Part shown: piece by piece, positions 48,394 through 58,336 of the stretch
Position numbering within the stretch: position 1 is the stretch's first letter
Layout: the number at the start of each line of letters is the position of its first letter
From: an uncultured Candidatus Saccharibacteria bacterium
Lineage (GTDB): Bacteria > Patescibacteriota > Minisyncoccia > UBA6257 > CAYRSR01
Assembly: GCA_964427275.1 (NCBI GenBank)
Contig: CAYRSR010000003.1
Location: 168 to 64,167 of the forward strand
Direction of reading: 5' to 3'
Length of the DNA: 64,000 nt
The notes under the pieces: model-generated
Told to the model about the DNA's origin: nothing
Database searches by the model: none
The model's input: only the letters and a program-made list of their open reading frames with translations
Position numbers and translations under genes: made by a program

Positions 48394-49278
48394 TTACTTT
48401 GATATTTTTAATTTTCTCCTTCTTGTTGCATGAAATGACTGATATACCTGTTTGAGCTGTCGATTGGTTAAATGTGTATATACCTGGGTAGTAGAAATGT
48501 TTTTATGCCCTAAAAGAGCTTGAACTGATCGAAGATCAGCTCCATTAATTAGTAAATCGGTAGCAAAAGAATGTCTTAACTTGTGAGGAGATACTCTTTT
48601 TAGAATTCCCGCTTTTCTGGCATAAAAATCTACAATTCTTTCCACTGTTCTTGGGGATACTGGGAAAAGCTTTGGGCTCACATCCTTTCTTTTGTTTAGA
48701 TACTTTTTTAAGGCTTGTTTAGCTGATTCAGATAAAAAAACTAATCTTAATTGTCCTCCTTTTCCCCTGATTGTAATTTCTCCTTTATCTATATCAATAT
48801 ATCTTTCTAAACTACATAATTCAGATAACCTTAATCCGGTTGAAAACAAAACTTCCAAAATAGCCTTATCTCTTAAGGACTTTAGGTCGTTACCCTGAGG
48901 AGCGTCCAGCAATCTTAAAAGTTCCTGGTAATCTAAAACTTCTATTTGTCTTGGGGGAATTCTTGGAAGTTCTATTTTATCTGGAGATAAAACTTTAAAA
49001 TCTCTTTTAATTAAATATTTTAAGAAATTTCTTAATGCAATTATGTAATAGGATTGGGTATTTTTTTGGAGAGGTTTTCCAGATGCAGTTTTCTTTCTGG
49101 CCAACCACAATCTAAATTCTCTTACTTTATCTTTGGTTATATCCTTTTCGGTTTTAATTTTAGAAAATTTAAAGAAGGTCTCTAGATAATGTCGGTAATT
49201 TCTTCTAGTTCTAATGGAGCGATTTTTTTCAATTTCAAGATAATCTAGATAATCTTTTAAAAGAATGTTGATATCCAT
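48394..49278 (-). CDS. tyrosine recombinase XerC/XerD-like
   Basis: The C-terminal LRHSFATDLLINGADLRSVQALLGHKNISTTQVYTHL matches the Xer catalytic region (R..HxxR...Y). Confidence 0.8.
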   Translation of the reverse strand: MDINILLKDYLDYLEIEKNRSIRTRRNYRHYLETFFKFSKIKTEKDITKDKVREFRLWLARKKTASGKPLQKNTQSYYIIALRNFLKYLIKRDFKVLSPDKIELPRIPPRQIEVLDYQELLRLLDAPQGNDLKSLRDKAILEVLFSTGLRLSELCSLERYIDIDKGEITIRGKGGQLRLVFLSESAKQALKKYLNKRKDVSPKLFPVSPRTVERIVDFYARKAGILKRVSPHKLRHSFATDLLINGADLRSVQALLGHKNISTTQVYTHLTNRQLKQVYQSFHATRRRKLKISK

Positions 49279-49280
49279 GC

Positions 49281-49895
49281 TTAGATTCCAGCTAAAACTA
49301 TGGTTAATTTTCTAATTAGTGAAGCTATGTAAGGAAAAATAAAGAATATCCAGATAGCTATAAAAATTAAACTATGTCTTAAAAGTATTTCTTTGAGCTT
49401 GTAAAATCTAACCGGTAACATTGATAAAAAGATATGGTGTCCATCAAGAGGATAAAATGGAGCCAGGTTAAAAAATGCTAAAAGCAGATTTAAAAATATT
49501 ACTATAGAGCAAAGGAAAACTAATTGAGAAGAAACAATATTAAAAATTGTTAATAATCTAACCAGAAAACTGAATATTAAAGCTAGTCCAATATTTGACA
49601 GAGGTCCGGCTAATGCAGTTAACATAATTCCTTTCTTTTTATCTCTAAAATATACTGGGTTAAACGGAACTGGCTTGGCATAACCAATAACAAATGGACT
49701 TTTAAATATAATTAAAATTAAAGGTAAGATAACTGTTCCAAATGGATCTATGTGGGCAATTGGATTTAAAGTTAACCTGCCAGCATTTTTGGCCGTAGGG
49801 TCGCCCAATTTATATGCCATCAATCCATGAGAAAATTCATGAATTACTATAGCAAAATAAAGAACTATTAATTGAAAGATTAATAAAATATCCAT
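49281..49895 (-). CDS. site-2 protease family (M50) membrane metalloprotease
   Basis: HEFSHGLMA (HExxH) in a transmembrane helix, polytopic. Confidence 0.7.
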   Translation of the reverse strand: MDILLIFQLIVLYFAIVIHEFSHGLMAYKLGDPTAKNAGRLTLNPIAHIDPFGTVILPLILIIFKSPFVIGYAKPVPFNPVYFRDKKKGIMLTALAGPLSNIGLALIFSFLVRLLTIFNIVSSQLVFLCSIVIFLNLLLAFFNLAPFYPLDGHHIFLSMLPVRFYKLKEILLRHSLIFIAIWIFFIFPYIASLIRKLTIVLAGI

Positions 49896-50051
49896 TATGA
49901 CGGAAAAAGTTTTAAGCCTTTACATTGATTATAAGTCTTAAACATTAAAGGTCAAATTAATTATTCCTACAACAGAAGATATTTATAAAACTTCTTTAGA
50001 TAAATTACAGAACTAATCTGGCAAGAGAATAGCAGGTACTTAGAAAGCTTG

Positions 50052-50123
50052 TGGACCGATGGGGACTTGAACCCCAGACCTTCGCAGTGCAAGTGCGACG
50101 CTCTACCGCTGAGCTATCGGCCC
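50052..50123 (-). tRNA. tRNA-Ala (TGC)
   Basis: Acceptor GGGCCGA with the G3·U70 wobble, and anticodon loop CUUGCAC. Confidence 0.85.
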
Positions 50124-50131
50124 AGTTGTTG

Positions 50132-50203
50132 TGCGCACGCCTAGATTCGAACTAGGGACCTCTGCTTTATCAGAGCAGCGTTCTACCCCTGAACTACGTG
50201 CGC
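50132..50203 (-). tRNA. tRNA-Ile (GAT)
   Basis: Acceptor GCGCACG/CGTGCGC, anticodon stem-loop CUGCU-CUGAUAA-AGCAG. Confidence 0.85.
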
Positions 50204-50235
50204 TCTCACTAATTATTTTATTATTTTTTTTAAGT

Positions 50236-50460
50236 TTAATCAAGACTCTTGCCTGGTATCAGATTTAGCTTTTTAAATCGTTCCAGGTCAAATTCAATTA
50301 ATCCGGTAGCTCCAGAGGTAATTTTTTTTAAACTCAAATCTAAATTCCGAATTAAAAATCTTATCGATATTGTAACTAAAGTCATCAGTATTACAAATAG
50401 CACAATTCCAGCTGAGGTAAACATAGCAGTCCAGTAGCGTTTAGAACTAACTTTTTTCAT
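50236..50460 (-). CDS. small membrane protein (hypothetical)
   Basis: 74 aa with a single transmembrane helix, directly downstream of the 50465 ORF. Confidence 0.3.
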   Translation of the reverse strand: MKKVSSKRYWTAMFTSAGIVLFVILMTLVTISIRFLIRNLDLSLKKITSGATGLIEFDLERFKKLNLIPGKSLD

Positions 50461-50464
50461 AAAT

Positions 50465-50989
50465 TTATTGTCTAAAAAAAATTCTTCCCTTGATAGTCAT
50501 AGTTATTCGACCTGAGCCGATATCTCGACTGAAACTTAAACTATCTAAGCTAATTGGAAAGTTAGAATTTTCCAGACTTACAAGAAAATCTAGAATTTTT
50601 CTAAAAACTCCGGAAAGGCTCATAACAAACTCTATTTCTCCAGGGACAGTTCTAGTACCAGCCTTTTCACTACCAAAAGAAAAACTAAAACCTACCTCAT
50701 TTTGTCTGGCTAGTTCTTCTAGTTCTCGGGAAAGCTGTAATAATCTATCTTTTTCTGGTAAAGCATTTTCTAAAATACTGAATAATGTCTGAGCTTTTTC
50801 AAATTGTTTCTTAAAAGAAGCTAGGGAAGATAAAGACTGACTTTGTCTTAAAATTTCCATTCTTTGGGTCACTACTTTTCTGGCTTGGTTTTGAATATCT
50901 TTAGCTAGCCCCCATAATAAGCTGCCTAAAATCACAATTATACCAAGACTAATTGAAAGTCTTTTAATTAACTTTTTATGGAAATCCAT
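50465..50989 (-). CDS. membrane-anchored protein with a PilO-like layout (N-terminal transmembrane helix, coiled coil, C-terminal alpha/beta domain)
   Basis: The call rests on topology and a weak resemblance only. Confidence 0.3.
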   Translation of the reverse strand: MDFHKKLIKRLSISLGIIVILGSLLWGLAKDIQNQARKVVTQRMEILRQSQSLSSLASFKKQFEKAQTLFSILENALPEKDRLLQLSRELEELARQNEVGFSFSFGSEKAGTRTVPGEIEFVMSLSGVFRKILDFLVSLENSNFPISLDSLSFSRDIGSGRITMTIKGRIFFRQ

Positions 50990-51053
50990 AATGGTGTTTA
51001 CAATTTAATCACAGTATCATTATAATAATACGGTATTTAAAGCTATTTAGCAA

Positions 51054-51911
51054 ATGCCTGAAATTAAAAAAATCAATTTAACTGATAGAGATTATCCAGT
51101 TTTTCTTAGAGAGATACCCTATCCTCCATCTCCGCTTTACCTAAAAGGAGTTTTTCCAGCATCGAATTTAATAAAAATTGCCATAGTGGGGACCAGAAAA
51201 CCCACTGAACTAGGGATTCATTTAGCTAAAAAAATTGCTAAAGATCTGGCTAAGCAGGGTTTGGTAATTGTTAGTGGTTTAGCTTTGGGAATTGACAGCG
51301 CAGCTCATCAAGGGTGCTTGGATGGGGGTGGACAAGCCATAGCGGTATTGGGTAGTGGTTTGGATAAAATATATCCTGTTACTAACAGAACTTTAGCTCA
51401 AAGGATTTTAAATCAAAGAGGAGCTTTAATTTCGGAATACCCCCCAGGTACTCCTGCATTACCGCATCACTTTCCAGCTCGCAATCGAATAATTAGTGGT
51501 TTATCTCAAGCAGTTGTAGTAATTGAAGCTCCTAGAAAATCTGGTGCATTAATTACAGCTAAATTTGCTTTGGAACAGAATCGGGAGGTATTTGTGGTTC
51601 CAGGACCAGCAAATCATCTTAATTATCAGGGCTCGCACTGGTTAATTAGAGAAGGAGCTAGGTTAGTTTGTACGGCAGAGCAGATTTTAGAAGATTTAAA
51701 CATTAAACCATTTCAACTAAAATTAAATCAAAAGGAAAAGATTATTCTAGAAGCTATCCAGCAAAGTAAAGTTCCTTTAACAGTTGACAAGTTAGTAGAA
51801 GTTACTAAACTTGACTTTCAAGCGGTAAATAAAAGTTTAACTACCTTGCTAGTTGAAGGATTGGTTGAGGAAACCTTAGCTGGATACCAAATAAATACAA
51901 AATCAAAATGA
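51054..51911 (+). CDS. dprA: DNA processing protein DprA/Smf
   Basis: IAIVGTRKPT...IVSGLALGIDSAAHQG...GSGLDKIYP. Confidence 0.85.
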   Translation: MPEIKKINLTDRDYPVFLREIPYPPSPLYLKGVFPASNLIKIAIVGTRKPTELGIHLAKKIAKDLAKQGLVIVSGLALGIDSAAHQGCLDGGGQAIAVLGSGLDKIYPVTNRTLAQRILNQRGALISEYPPGTPALPHHFPARNRIISGLSQAVVVIEAPRKSGALITAKFALEQNREVFVVPGPANHLNYQGSHWLIREGARLVCTAEQILEDLNIKPFQLKLNQKEKIILEAIQQSKVPLTVDKLVEVTKLDFQAVNKSLTTLLVEGLVEETLAGYQINTKSK

Positions 51912-51917
51912 AATAAA

Positions 51918-53879
51918 TTGATTTTTATATTTACTATCATGGTTTTAATCATTGTTGAATCCCCAACTAAAGCTAATACTATTCAGAAACTTCTAGGAAA
52001 AAGCTACAAAGTGGTTTGTAGCTATGGTCATGTTAGAGATCTTCCTAAAAGTAAGTTAGGGATTGATATTGAGCATAACTTTGAGCCAACTTACGTTATT
52101 CCAGTTAAAGCTCGAAAAAGGGTGAATTTTTTGAAGAAAGAAAGCAAGCAGGCAGAAAAAGTTATCCTGGCTACTGACCAAGACAGAGAAGGGGAAGCAA
52201 TAGCCTATCATCTAGCCCAAATCTTAGGATTAAAGAATGCTCCCAGAATTGTATTTAACGAAATTACCAAGTCAGCCATACTTACTGCTCTTAAAAATCT
52301 GGTTAAGATTAATCTGAATTTAGTAAATGCTCAGCAGAGTCGGAGAATATTAGACCGACTGGTTGGTTATAAACTATCTCCGTTTTTGTGGGAAAAAGTT
52401 GCCAGGAAGTTATCTGCCGGAAGAGTACAATCAGTAGCTTTACGATTAATTGTAGAAAGAGATCAGGAAATTAGAAATTTTAAACCTACTACTTATTTTA
52501 CTATAAGTGGTATTTTACTTACTTTGGCTTCTCCAAAAAGAATTATTGAGGCTGAGTTATCTAAAATAAATAATCGGACATTACCTAAACCTGGCTTTAC
52601 TGACTTAAAGAAAGTCGAAAAAATTGTTAGCGAATTAAAAACTAGAAAATTTTACCTTAAAAATTTGATTACAAAGCTGGTAAAGAAGTATCCTTTGCCA
52701 CCATTTACTACCAGCACTTTAGGACAGCAGGCAGCCAAACAACTTGGATTTTCAATGAAAAAGACTATGTATCTTGCTCAAAGTCTCTATGAAAACGGAT
52801 TAATCACTTATATGCGAACTGACTCAGTAAATCTTTCCAAGGAATCTTTAATTATGGCTGAAAAGTGGATTAAAAGTAATCTGGGTGAAAGGTACTTTGA
52901 ACAACCTAGAATTTTTAAAACCAAAACTAAACTAGCTCAAGAAGCTCATGAGGCTATTCGGCCAACTAATGTTTTTAATACTCAACCAAGTTTAGATGCA
53001 GACCAGAAAAAACTTTATGACTTAATCTGGAGGAGATTTGTTGCTTCTCAACTTCCGCCAGCTATTTTTCAAGCAACCAGTTTAGAAATATCCAGCCTGG
53101 ATGATAAGTATTTATTAAAAGCTTCAGGAAGTGTTTTAAAATTTGATGGGTTTTTAAAAATCTGGCCTAAGGAATTTCAACAAAATCAGCTTCCAGAATT
53201 AACTGAGGGAGAAAAATTAAAACTAAAGAGGACTAAGATTAATAAGCATTTAACTCAGCCTCCACCTAGATATACTGATGCTAGTTTGATTAAAGATTTG
53301 GAAAAATTTGGAATTGGTCGACCATCAACTTATGTCCCAATAATTTCAATTATTCAGGAAAGAAATTATGTTTATAAGCAACAGGGTAAATTCTATCCTA
53401 CTGAAATGGGCTTATTGGTTAATAAGATACTCACTCAACATTTTCCAGAAATTGTAGATATTTCTTTTACTGCTAAATTAGAAGAGAAATTAGACTTGAT
53501 TGCTCAGGGAAAACTTGATTGGCGTAAGGTAGTTGGAGATTTTTATTATCCGTTTGCTAAAAATTTGAAAGAGAAATATAAACAGGTTAAAAAAATTAAG
53601 GTAGAACAGAAAACCAACCTTATCTGTGAGAAGTGCGGTCGGCCAATGGTGATTAAAACTTCCAGATTTGGAGAGTTTTTAGCCTGTTCAGGATTTCCTA
53701 AATGTAAAAATGTTAAGCCGCTAAAGGAAAAAACTTATGGTAAGTGCCCTAAATGTAAGATTGGAGACATTGTAGAAAGAAGAGCTAAAACAGGCAAAAA
53801 GTTCTATGGTTGCTCCAGGTATCCTGAGTGTGACTGGGCTAGCTGGAAGTTAGATCAAAGTAATGAGAAGAGAGGTTAA
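51918..53879 (+). CDS. topA: DNA topoisomerase I
   Basis: TOPRIM N-terminus, active-site region and C-terminal Cys4 zinc ribbons (CEKCGRPM…CSGFPKC; CPKC…CSRYPEC). Confidence 0.9.
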   Translation: MIFIFTIMVLIIVESPTKANTIQKLLGKSYKVVCSYGHVRDLPKSKLGIDIEHNFEPTYVIPVKARKRVNFLKKESKQAEKVILATDQDREGEAIAYHLAQILGLKNAPRIVFNEITKSAILTALKNLVKINLNLVNAQQSRRILDRLVGYKLSPFLWEKVARKLSAGRVQSVALRLIVERDQEIRNFKPTTYFTISGILLTLASPKRIIEAELSKINNRTLPKPGFTDLKKVEKIVSELKTRKFYLKNLITKLVKKYPLPPFTTSTLGQQAAKQLGFSMKKTMYLAQSLYENGLITYMRTDSVNLSKESLIMAEKWIKSNLGERYFEQPRIFKTKTKLAQEAHEAIRPTNVFNTQPSLDADQKKLYDLIWRRFVASQLPPAIFQATSLEISSLDDKYLLKASGSVLKFDGFLKIWPKEFQQNQLPELTEGEKLKLKRTKINKHLTQPPPRYTDASLIKDLEKFGIGRPSTYVPIISIIQERNYVYKQQGKFYPTEMGLLVNKILTQHFPEIVDISFTAKLEEKLDLIAQGKLDWRKVVGDFYYPFAKNLKEKYKQVKKIKVEQKTNLICEKCGRPMVIKTSRFGEFLACSGFPKCKNVKPLKEKTYGKCPKCKIGDIVERRAKTGKKFYGCSRYPECDWASWKLDQSNEKRG

Positions 53880-53921
53880 AAATCTTTGAAATTTTTTAAT
53901 GCCTGATTTAAAATATTAATA

Positions 53922-54587
53922 GTGATTAGTTTTGCTTGCTTTGCTCCTCATCCTCCAATAATTTTACCTGAAATTGGTTCGGCTGAAGATAGAAAGAAAG
54001 TAAAGTTAGTCATTGAAAGTCTGAAAAAGCTGGGAGAAAAGTTTAGAAAAGTAGATCCGGACTTGGTAATTATTTCTTCTCCACATCCGGATTGGGGAAT
54101 AAAAGTGCCGTTATATTTTTTAATTTCAGAAAATCAGAGTTTTAAATATCAGAATTATCAATCTCCAAGTAATCTGAAAATTGAACCATCTTACCGATTT
54201 ATCTATCCTGTTTTAACTACTTTGGATTCTTGCCGGCAGCATTTTGAGTGGGGAAAGAATTTAAAGATTAAGGATTACAAGCTAAAGGTGGCTTTGGTAG
54301 CTAGCGGAGATATGTCTCATTGTCTGAAGTCTGAAGGACCTTATGGTTTTCACCCAGATGGGCCAAAGTTTGATAAGGCTTTTATTGAAGCCTTAAGGAA
54401 AAAAGACCTTGAAACAATTTTTGAGTTAAACGATTTATATCCGGAAGCTGGAGAATGTGGACTCCGGTCATTTTGTTTTGTTTTAGGAATCTTAGAAGGC
54501 TCTGAATTAAACTGGCAACCAAAGATTTTAGCCTATCAAGGCCCATTTGGAGTAGGGTATTTAGTAGTAGAATTTAATCTTACTTAA
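53922..54587 (+). CDS. LigB/Memo-like (class III extradiol dioxygenase superfamily) protein
   Basis: The N-terminus (CFAPHPPIILPEIG) and size fit the superfamily. The match is weak. Confidence 0.35.
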   Translation: MISFACFAPHPPIILPEIGSAEDRKKVKLVIESLKKLGEKFRKVDPDLVIISSPHPDWGIKVPLYFLISENQSFKYQNYQSPSNLKIEPSYRFIYPVLTTLDSCRQHFEWGKNLKIKDYKLKVALVASGDMSHCLKSEGPYGFHPDGPKFDKAFIEALRKKDLETIFELNDLYPEAGECGLRSFCFVLGILEGSELNWQPKILAYQGPFGVGYLVVEFNLT

Positions 54588-54593
54588 ACTAAG

Positions 54594-55055
54594 ATGAGAA
54601 AACAGTTTAAAGTTTTTATTGGTTCTGACCACGCCGGATTTAAATTAAAAGAAATAATTAAAAAATATCTGGATAAATGTGGGTATAATGTTGAAGATTT
54701 GGGAAATTATTCCTTGGATCCGAATGATGACTATCCGGATTTTGCCAAAAAAGTTGCTTTAGCAGTAGCTAAAGGTAAGGGCTTAGGAATAATAATTTGT
54801 GATAGTGGAGTAGGAGTTTGTATTGTAGCTAATAAAATTAAGGGTGTTAGAGCAGTAAATGCTTATAACTTAAAGATAGCTAAAGCATCCAGAGAACATA
54901 ATCATACTAATGTTTTATGTTTAGGTCAGAAATATTTAACTGTCAATTTGGCTAAAAGAATTGTTAGAACCTGGCTCAATTCAAGTTTTGATTTAGCTCC
55001 CAGGCATTGTCGTAGAGTGGATAAAATTAAAAAAATTGAACAGGAAAATCTATGA
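54594..55055 (+). CDS. rpiB: ribose-5-phosphate isomerase B
   Basis: The KVFIGSDHAGFKLKE start and the GVGVCIVANKI block. Confidence 0.88.
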   Translation: MRKQFKVFIGSDHAGFKLKEIIKKYLDKCGYNVEDLGNYSLDPNDDYPDFAKKVALAVAKGKGLGIIICDSGVGVCIVANKIKGVRAVNAYNLKIAKASREHNHTNVLCLGQKYLTVNLAKRIVRTWLNSSFDLAPRHCRRVDKIKKIEQENL

Positions 55056-55696
55056 AAGAAATTATTCCGGCAATTTTAACCAACAACTTACAGGACTTAA
55101 AACAAAAGTTAGAAAAATTAGCTGGGTTGTTTAGCTGGGCTCAAATTGACCTGATGGATGGAAAATTTGTTCCAAATACTTCAATTGGTTTGGAGGAACT
55201 AGCCAGAGTTTCAATCAAACTCAATCTAGAAATTCACCTAATGGTTATGAATCCAGAAAATTTTTTTAGCCAATGTCAAAGAGTCGGAGCTAAACGGGTA
55301 GTTTTTCATCTGGAAGCTACTAAAAATCTGGATTATGTTTTAAAACAGATGGAAAGATTCAATTTTCAAAGAGGAATAGCTTTAAATCCAGAAACTCCAC
55401 CTGAACAACTCAGGCCTTATCTGGATAGGTTGGATTCAGTTTTGATTTTGGGAGTTCATCCAGGATTTCAGGGACAAAAGTTTATTCCTGAAGTGTTAAA
55501 AAAAGTTGAAAAGGTAAAGAAATTGTCTCCAAAAGTAAAAATAGGAATTGATGGTGGGATTAATCTGGAGAATGTAGAGATGGTAGCTAAATTTGATCCG
55601 GATTTCTTGATTATTGGCAGTGCTTTGTTTGCAGAAAGTAATTTGAAACAAACTTTAAAAAAATTTAAACAGAAGATTCAATCAATTAAAAAATGA
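55052..55696 (+). CDS. rpe: ribulose-phosphate 3-epimerase
   Basis: DLMDGKFVPN and the C-terminal GIDGGIN. Confidence 0.88.
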   Translation: MKEIIPAILTNNLQDLKQKLEKLAGLFSWAQIDLMDGKFVPNTSIGLEELARVSIKLNLEIHLMVMNPENFFSQCQRVGAKRVVFHLEATKNLDYVLKQMERFNFQRGIALNPETPPEQLRPYLDRLDSVLILGVHPGFQGQKFIPEVLKKVEKVKKLSPKVKIGIDGGINLENVEMVAKFDPDFLIIGSALFAESNLKQTLKKFKQKIQSIKK

Positions 55697-57528
55697 CTTT
55701 AGAAAAATTAAAGAAGATAGCTAAATTAATCAGGTACTGGATTTTACTGGAGACTACTCAGGCTGGTTCAGGTCACTTGACTTCTTCTCTTTCAGCAGTT
55801 GAATTAATGACCGGTTTAATGTTTGGGGGTATTTTCCGATTTGATGTTAAAAACCCAAAGCATCCTAATAACGACAGATTGATTTTTTCCAAAGGTCATG
55901 CTGCTGCACTATTATATGCTTTATGGGCTATTGCTGGAGTTTTAGATGAAAAAGAATTAGAAACCTTCCGGAGATTTGATAGTTTCCTTGAGGGGCATCC
56001 AACTCCAAGATTTAAATATTGTGAAGCAGCTACTGGTTCGCTAGGTCAAGGTTTGTCTGTTGGGGTTGGAATGGCTTTAAATGCTAAATTTGACCAGCTT
56101 CCTTATCGAACTTATGTCCTTTTAGGAGACAGCGAGATGACCGAAGGTTCTAATTGGGAAGCTATCCAGGTTGCTGCTCATTATAAGCTGGATAATTTAA
56201 CAGCTATCATAGATGTTAATCGACTGGGACAAACTGGAGAGACTATGTATGGTCATAATCTTAAAGCTTATCAAGAGAGAATTTCAGCTTTTGGCTGGCA
56301 AACTATTCTGGTTGATGATGGTCATTCTTTATCTCAAGTTCTTTCTGCTTACATGCGGGCATTAAAAGTCAAAGGAAAGCCCACTGCAATTTTAGCCAAA
56401 ACTATTAAAGGCAAAGGAGTTAGTTTTTTAGAAAATAAAATTGGCTGGCATGGAAAAGTTTTAGATCAGGAAAAATTTGAACTGGCAGTAAGAGAGCTTG
56501 GTAAAATTGATAAACATATTCGGGCTGAAATTAAACCACCAAAGAATCTTAAGCCAGAAAAGTCAATTTCTCGAAAAATTAAGCCAGTTTTCTATCCACC
56601 AGGTACTTTACTTGCTACAAGAAAAGCTTATGGAAATGCTCTGGTTAGAATTTATCCTGGATTTCCTGAAATGGTAGTTTTAGATGCTGAGGTTTCTAAT
56701 TCCACCTTTGCTCAAACTTTTAAACAAAGATACCCTCAAAGATTTTTAGAAATGTTTATTGCTGAACAAAATATGGTTGGGGTAGCTTTGGGTTTAAGTC
56801 TGCGAGGTAAAATCCCATTTGTTTCTACTTTTGGAGCTTTTTTCACCCGAGCTCATGACCAGATTAGAATGTCTCAGTACTCCAATGCAAACATCAAATT
56901 TGTTGGCTCACATGCAGGGGTTTCTATTGGTCAAGATGGACCTTCCCAAATGGGTTTAGATGATATTGCTATGTTTAGAGGAATTTTAAATAGCGTAGTT
57001 TTGTATCCAGCTGATGCAATAGCCTGTGAGAAATTGGTTGAAAAAGCAGCTAAATATCCAGGAATGGTTTATATACGTACTACCAGAAAGGATACCCCAA
57101 TTATTTATTCTTTAGATGAAGAATTTTCCATTGGTGGAAGTAAGGTATTGAAAAAAAGTCGGAAAGATTTAGTTACAGTAATTGCTGCTGGTATTACTCT
57201 TTACCAAGCACTTTCCGCTTACCAGGAATTAAAGAAAAAAGGAATTTTAATTCGAGTAATTGATTTATACAGTATAAAACCAATTGATAAAAAGACTCTA
57301 ATTCAATCAGCTAGGCATACTAAAGCAATAGTTACAGTAGAGGATCACTATCCTGCGGGAGGGTTAGGTGAAGCAGTAAAAACTACTCTTTCTAATGTGA
57401 ATATACCGGTTTATTCGCTAGCAGTGCAGAAAATACCTAGGAGCGGCCTGCCAGAAGAGCTTTTAGATTTTGAGCAAATTTCAAAAGACACAATTGTTAG
57501 AAAGATAAAAGAAATAATTCGTAAATAA
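55693..57528 (+). CDS. tkt: transketolase (compact single-chain form)
   Basis: TPP-binding GSGHLTSSLS…GDSEMTEG and a C-terminal pyrimidine-binding domain. Confidence 0.88.
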   Translation: MTLEKLKKIAKLIRYWILLETTQAGSGHLTSSLSAVELMTGLMFGGIFRFDVKNPKHPNNDRLIFSKGHAAALLYALWAIAGVLDEKELETFRRFDSFLEGHPTPRFKYCEAATGSLGQGLSVGVGMALNAKFDQLPYRTYVLLGDSEMTEGSNWEAIQVAAHYKLDNLTAIIDVNRLGQTGETMYGHNLKAYQERISAFGWQTILVDDGHSLSQVLSAYMRALKVKGKPTAILAKTIKGKGVSFLENKIGWHGKVLDQEKFELAVRELGKIDKHIRAEIKPPKNLKPEKSISRKIKPVFYPPGTLLATRKAYGNALVRIYPGFPEMVVLDAEVSNSTFAQTFKQRYPQRFLEMFIAEQNMVGVALGLSLRGKIPFVSTFGAFFTRAHDQIRMSQYSNANIKFVGSHAGVSIGQDGPSQMGLDDIAMFRGILNSVVLYPADAIACEKLVEKAAKYPGMVYIRTTRKDTPIIYSLDEEFSIGGSKVLKKSRKDLVTVIAAGITLYQALSAYQELKKKGILIRVIDLYSIKPIDKKTLIQSARHTKAIVTVEDHYPAGGLGEAVKTTLSNVNIPVYSLAVQKIPRSGLPEELLDFEQISKDTIVRKIKEIIRK

Positions 57529-57534
57529 AACTTT

Positions 57535-58104
57535 CTATTTGTATTGGGATAGAATAATATCTAAAGCTTTTTGAGTTCTTTCCTCAACTGTTCCAGTTAT
57601 TAGATAGTAATTAATTTTTTTCTGCTCTAAAAGCTGTTTAACTTCTTTAGAAATTTTATAAGTTAATTGCTTAAATATTCTCACTCCATCATCTTTAAAA
57701 TCAAATTCAATTGGCAAAAAGAAATGTAAGTTATAGCTGCTAATTTCTGGTTCTACTATTTCAGTAATTCTTTTTTGGATTAGAAAATATCTTTTATTAG
57801 CTAAATAGTCGGTAGACTTTGGTTTGTATAGCTTGCTGTAAACATAGGTTAAATAACTTGCTGAGTCACAAATGATAAAATCAGGATTTTTTCTTTCTAC
57901 TCTTTTTTCAATTTCAATCTGACCAATAACTATGTTAAGCTGGTCTTTAATGTCCTTTGGTGGCCCATATTGAATAATAAAGCTTCTGGCATATTCACTT
58001 ACTAGTCTGGTCTGGTAGTTCTTTTGGTTAAGTTTTTTAACTAAAGATTTAGCCAGAGTGGTTTTTCCGGTGCTTGGACTGCCGACAATACAAATTTTTT
58101 TCAT
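57535..58104 (-). CDS. P-loop NTPase (NadR/AAA_28-like kinase domain)
   Basis: Walker A GSPSTGKTT, 189 aa. Confidence 0.45.
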   Translation of the reverse strand: MKKICIVGSPSTGKTTLAKSLVKKLNQKNYQTRLVSEYARSFIIQYGPPKDIKDQLNIVIGQIEIEKRVERKNPDFIICDSASYLTYVYSKLYKPKSTDYLANKRYFLIQKRITEIVEPEISSYNLHFFLPIEFDFKDDGVRIFKQLTYKISKEVKQLLEQKKINYYLITGTVEERTQKALDIILSQYK

Positions 58105-58165
58105 TATTTTAATTAAACTTTAATAGGTTAATTTTGTCAAATTGATTTACTTTTCAAAGAAAGTT

Positions 58166-58174
58166 TGGTATAAT
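58166..58174 (+). promoter_or_regulatory. extended -10 promoter TGgTATAAT, 7 nt before the ATG of the small peptide ORF (leaderless)
   Basis: TGGTATAAT at 58166-58174 and ATG at 58182. Confidence 0.45.
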
Positions 58175-58181
58175 CAACCAA

Positions 58182-58286
58182 ATGTTAAATCAAAAGGATT
58201 TTCTAGTTTTTTCAGTGCTTCTTTTTTTAGTTTTGTTTTTTACTTTAGGATTTTACTCTGAGGTTTTTCCTTTTTCATTCAGTTAA
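58182..58286 (+). CDS. 34-aa hydrophobic peptide (candidate precursor or small membrane peptide)
   Basis: MLNQKDFLVFSVLLFLVLFFTLGFYSEVFPFSFS. It is not in the ORF track because it is under 60 aa. It heads the radical-SAM cluster. Confidence 0.35.
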   Translation: MLNQKDFLVFSVLLFLVLFFTLGFYSEVFPFSFS

Positions 58287-58336
58287 GTGTGGTTTAGATT
58301 TTCAAAATTACTAACAGCTTATTTTGAAGAAGATTT

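Noticed and set aside
48394-49278. Tyrosine recombinase as a phage or ICE integrase marking a mobile element
   Set aside because: The C-terminal catalytic region matches chromosomal XerC/XerD closely, and no attachment-site repeats, excisionase or terminal direct repeats at the adjacent tRNAs were seen. A housekeeping Xer is more likely, though the nearby PolB keeps the question open.
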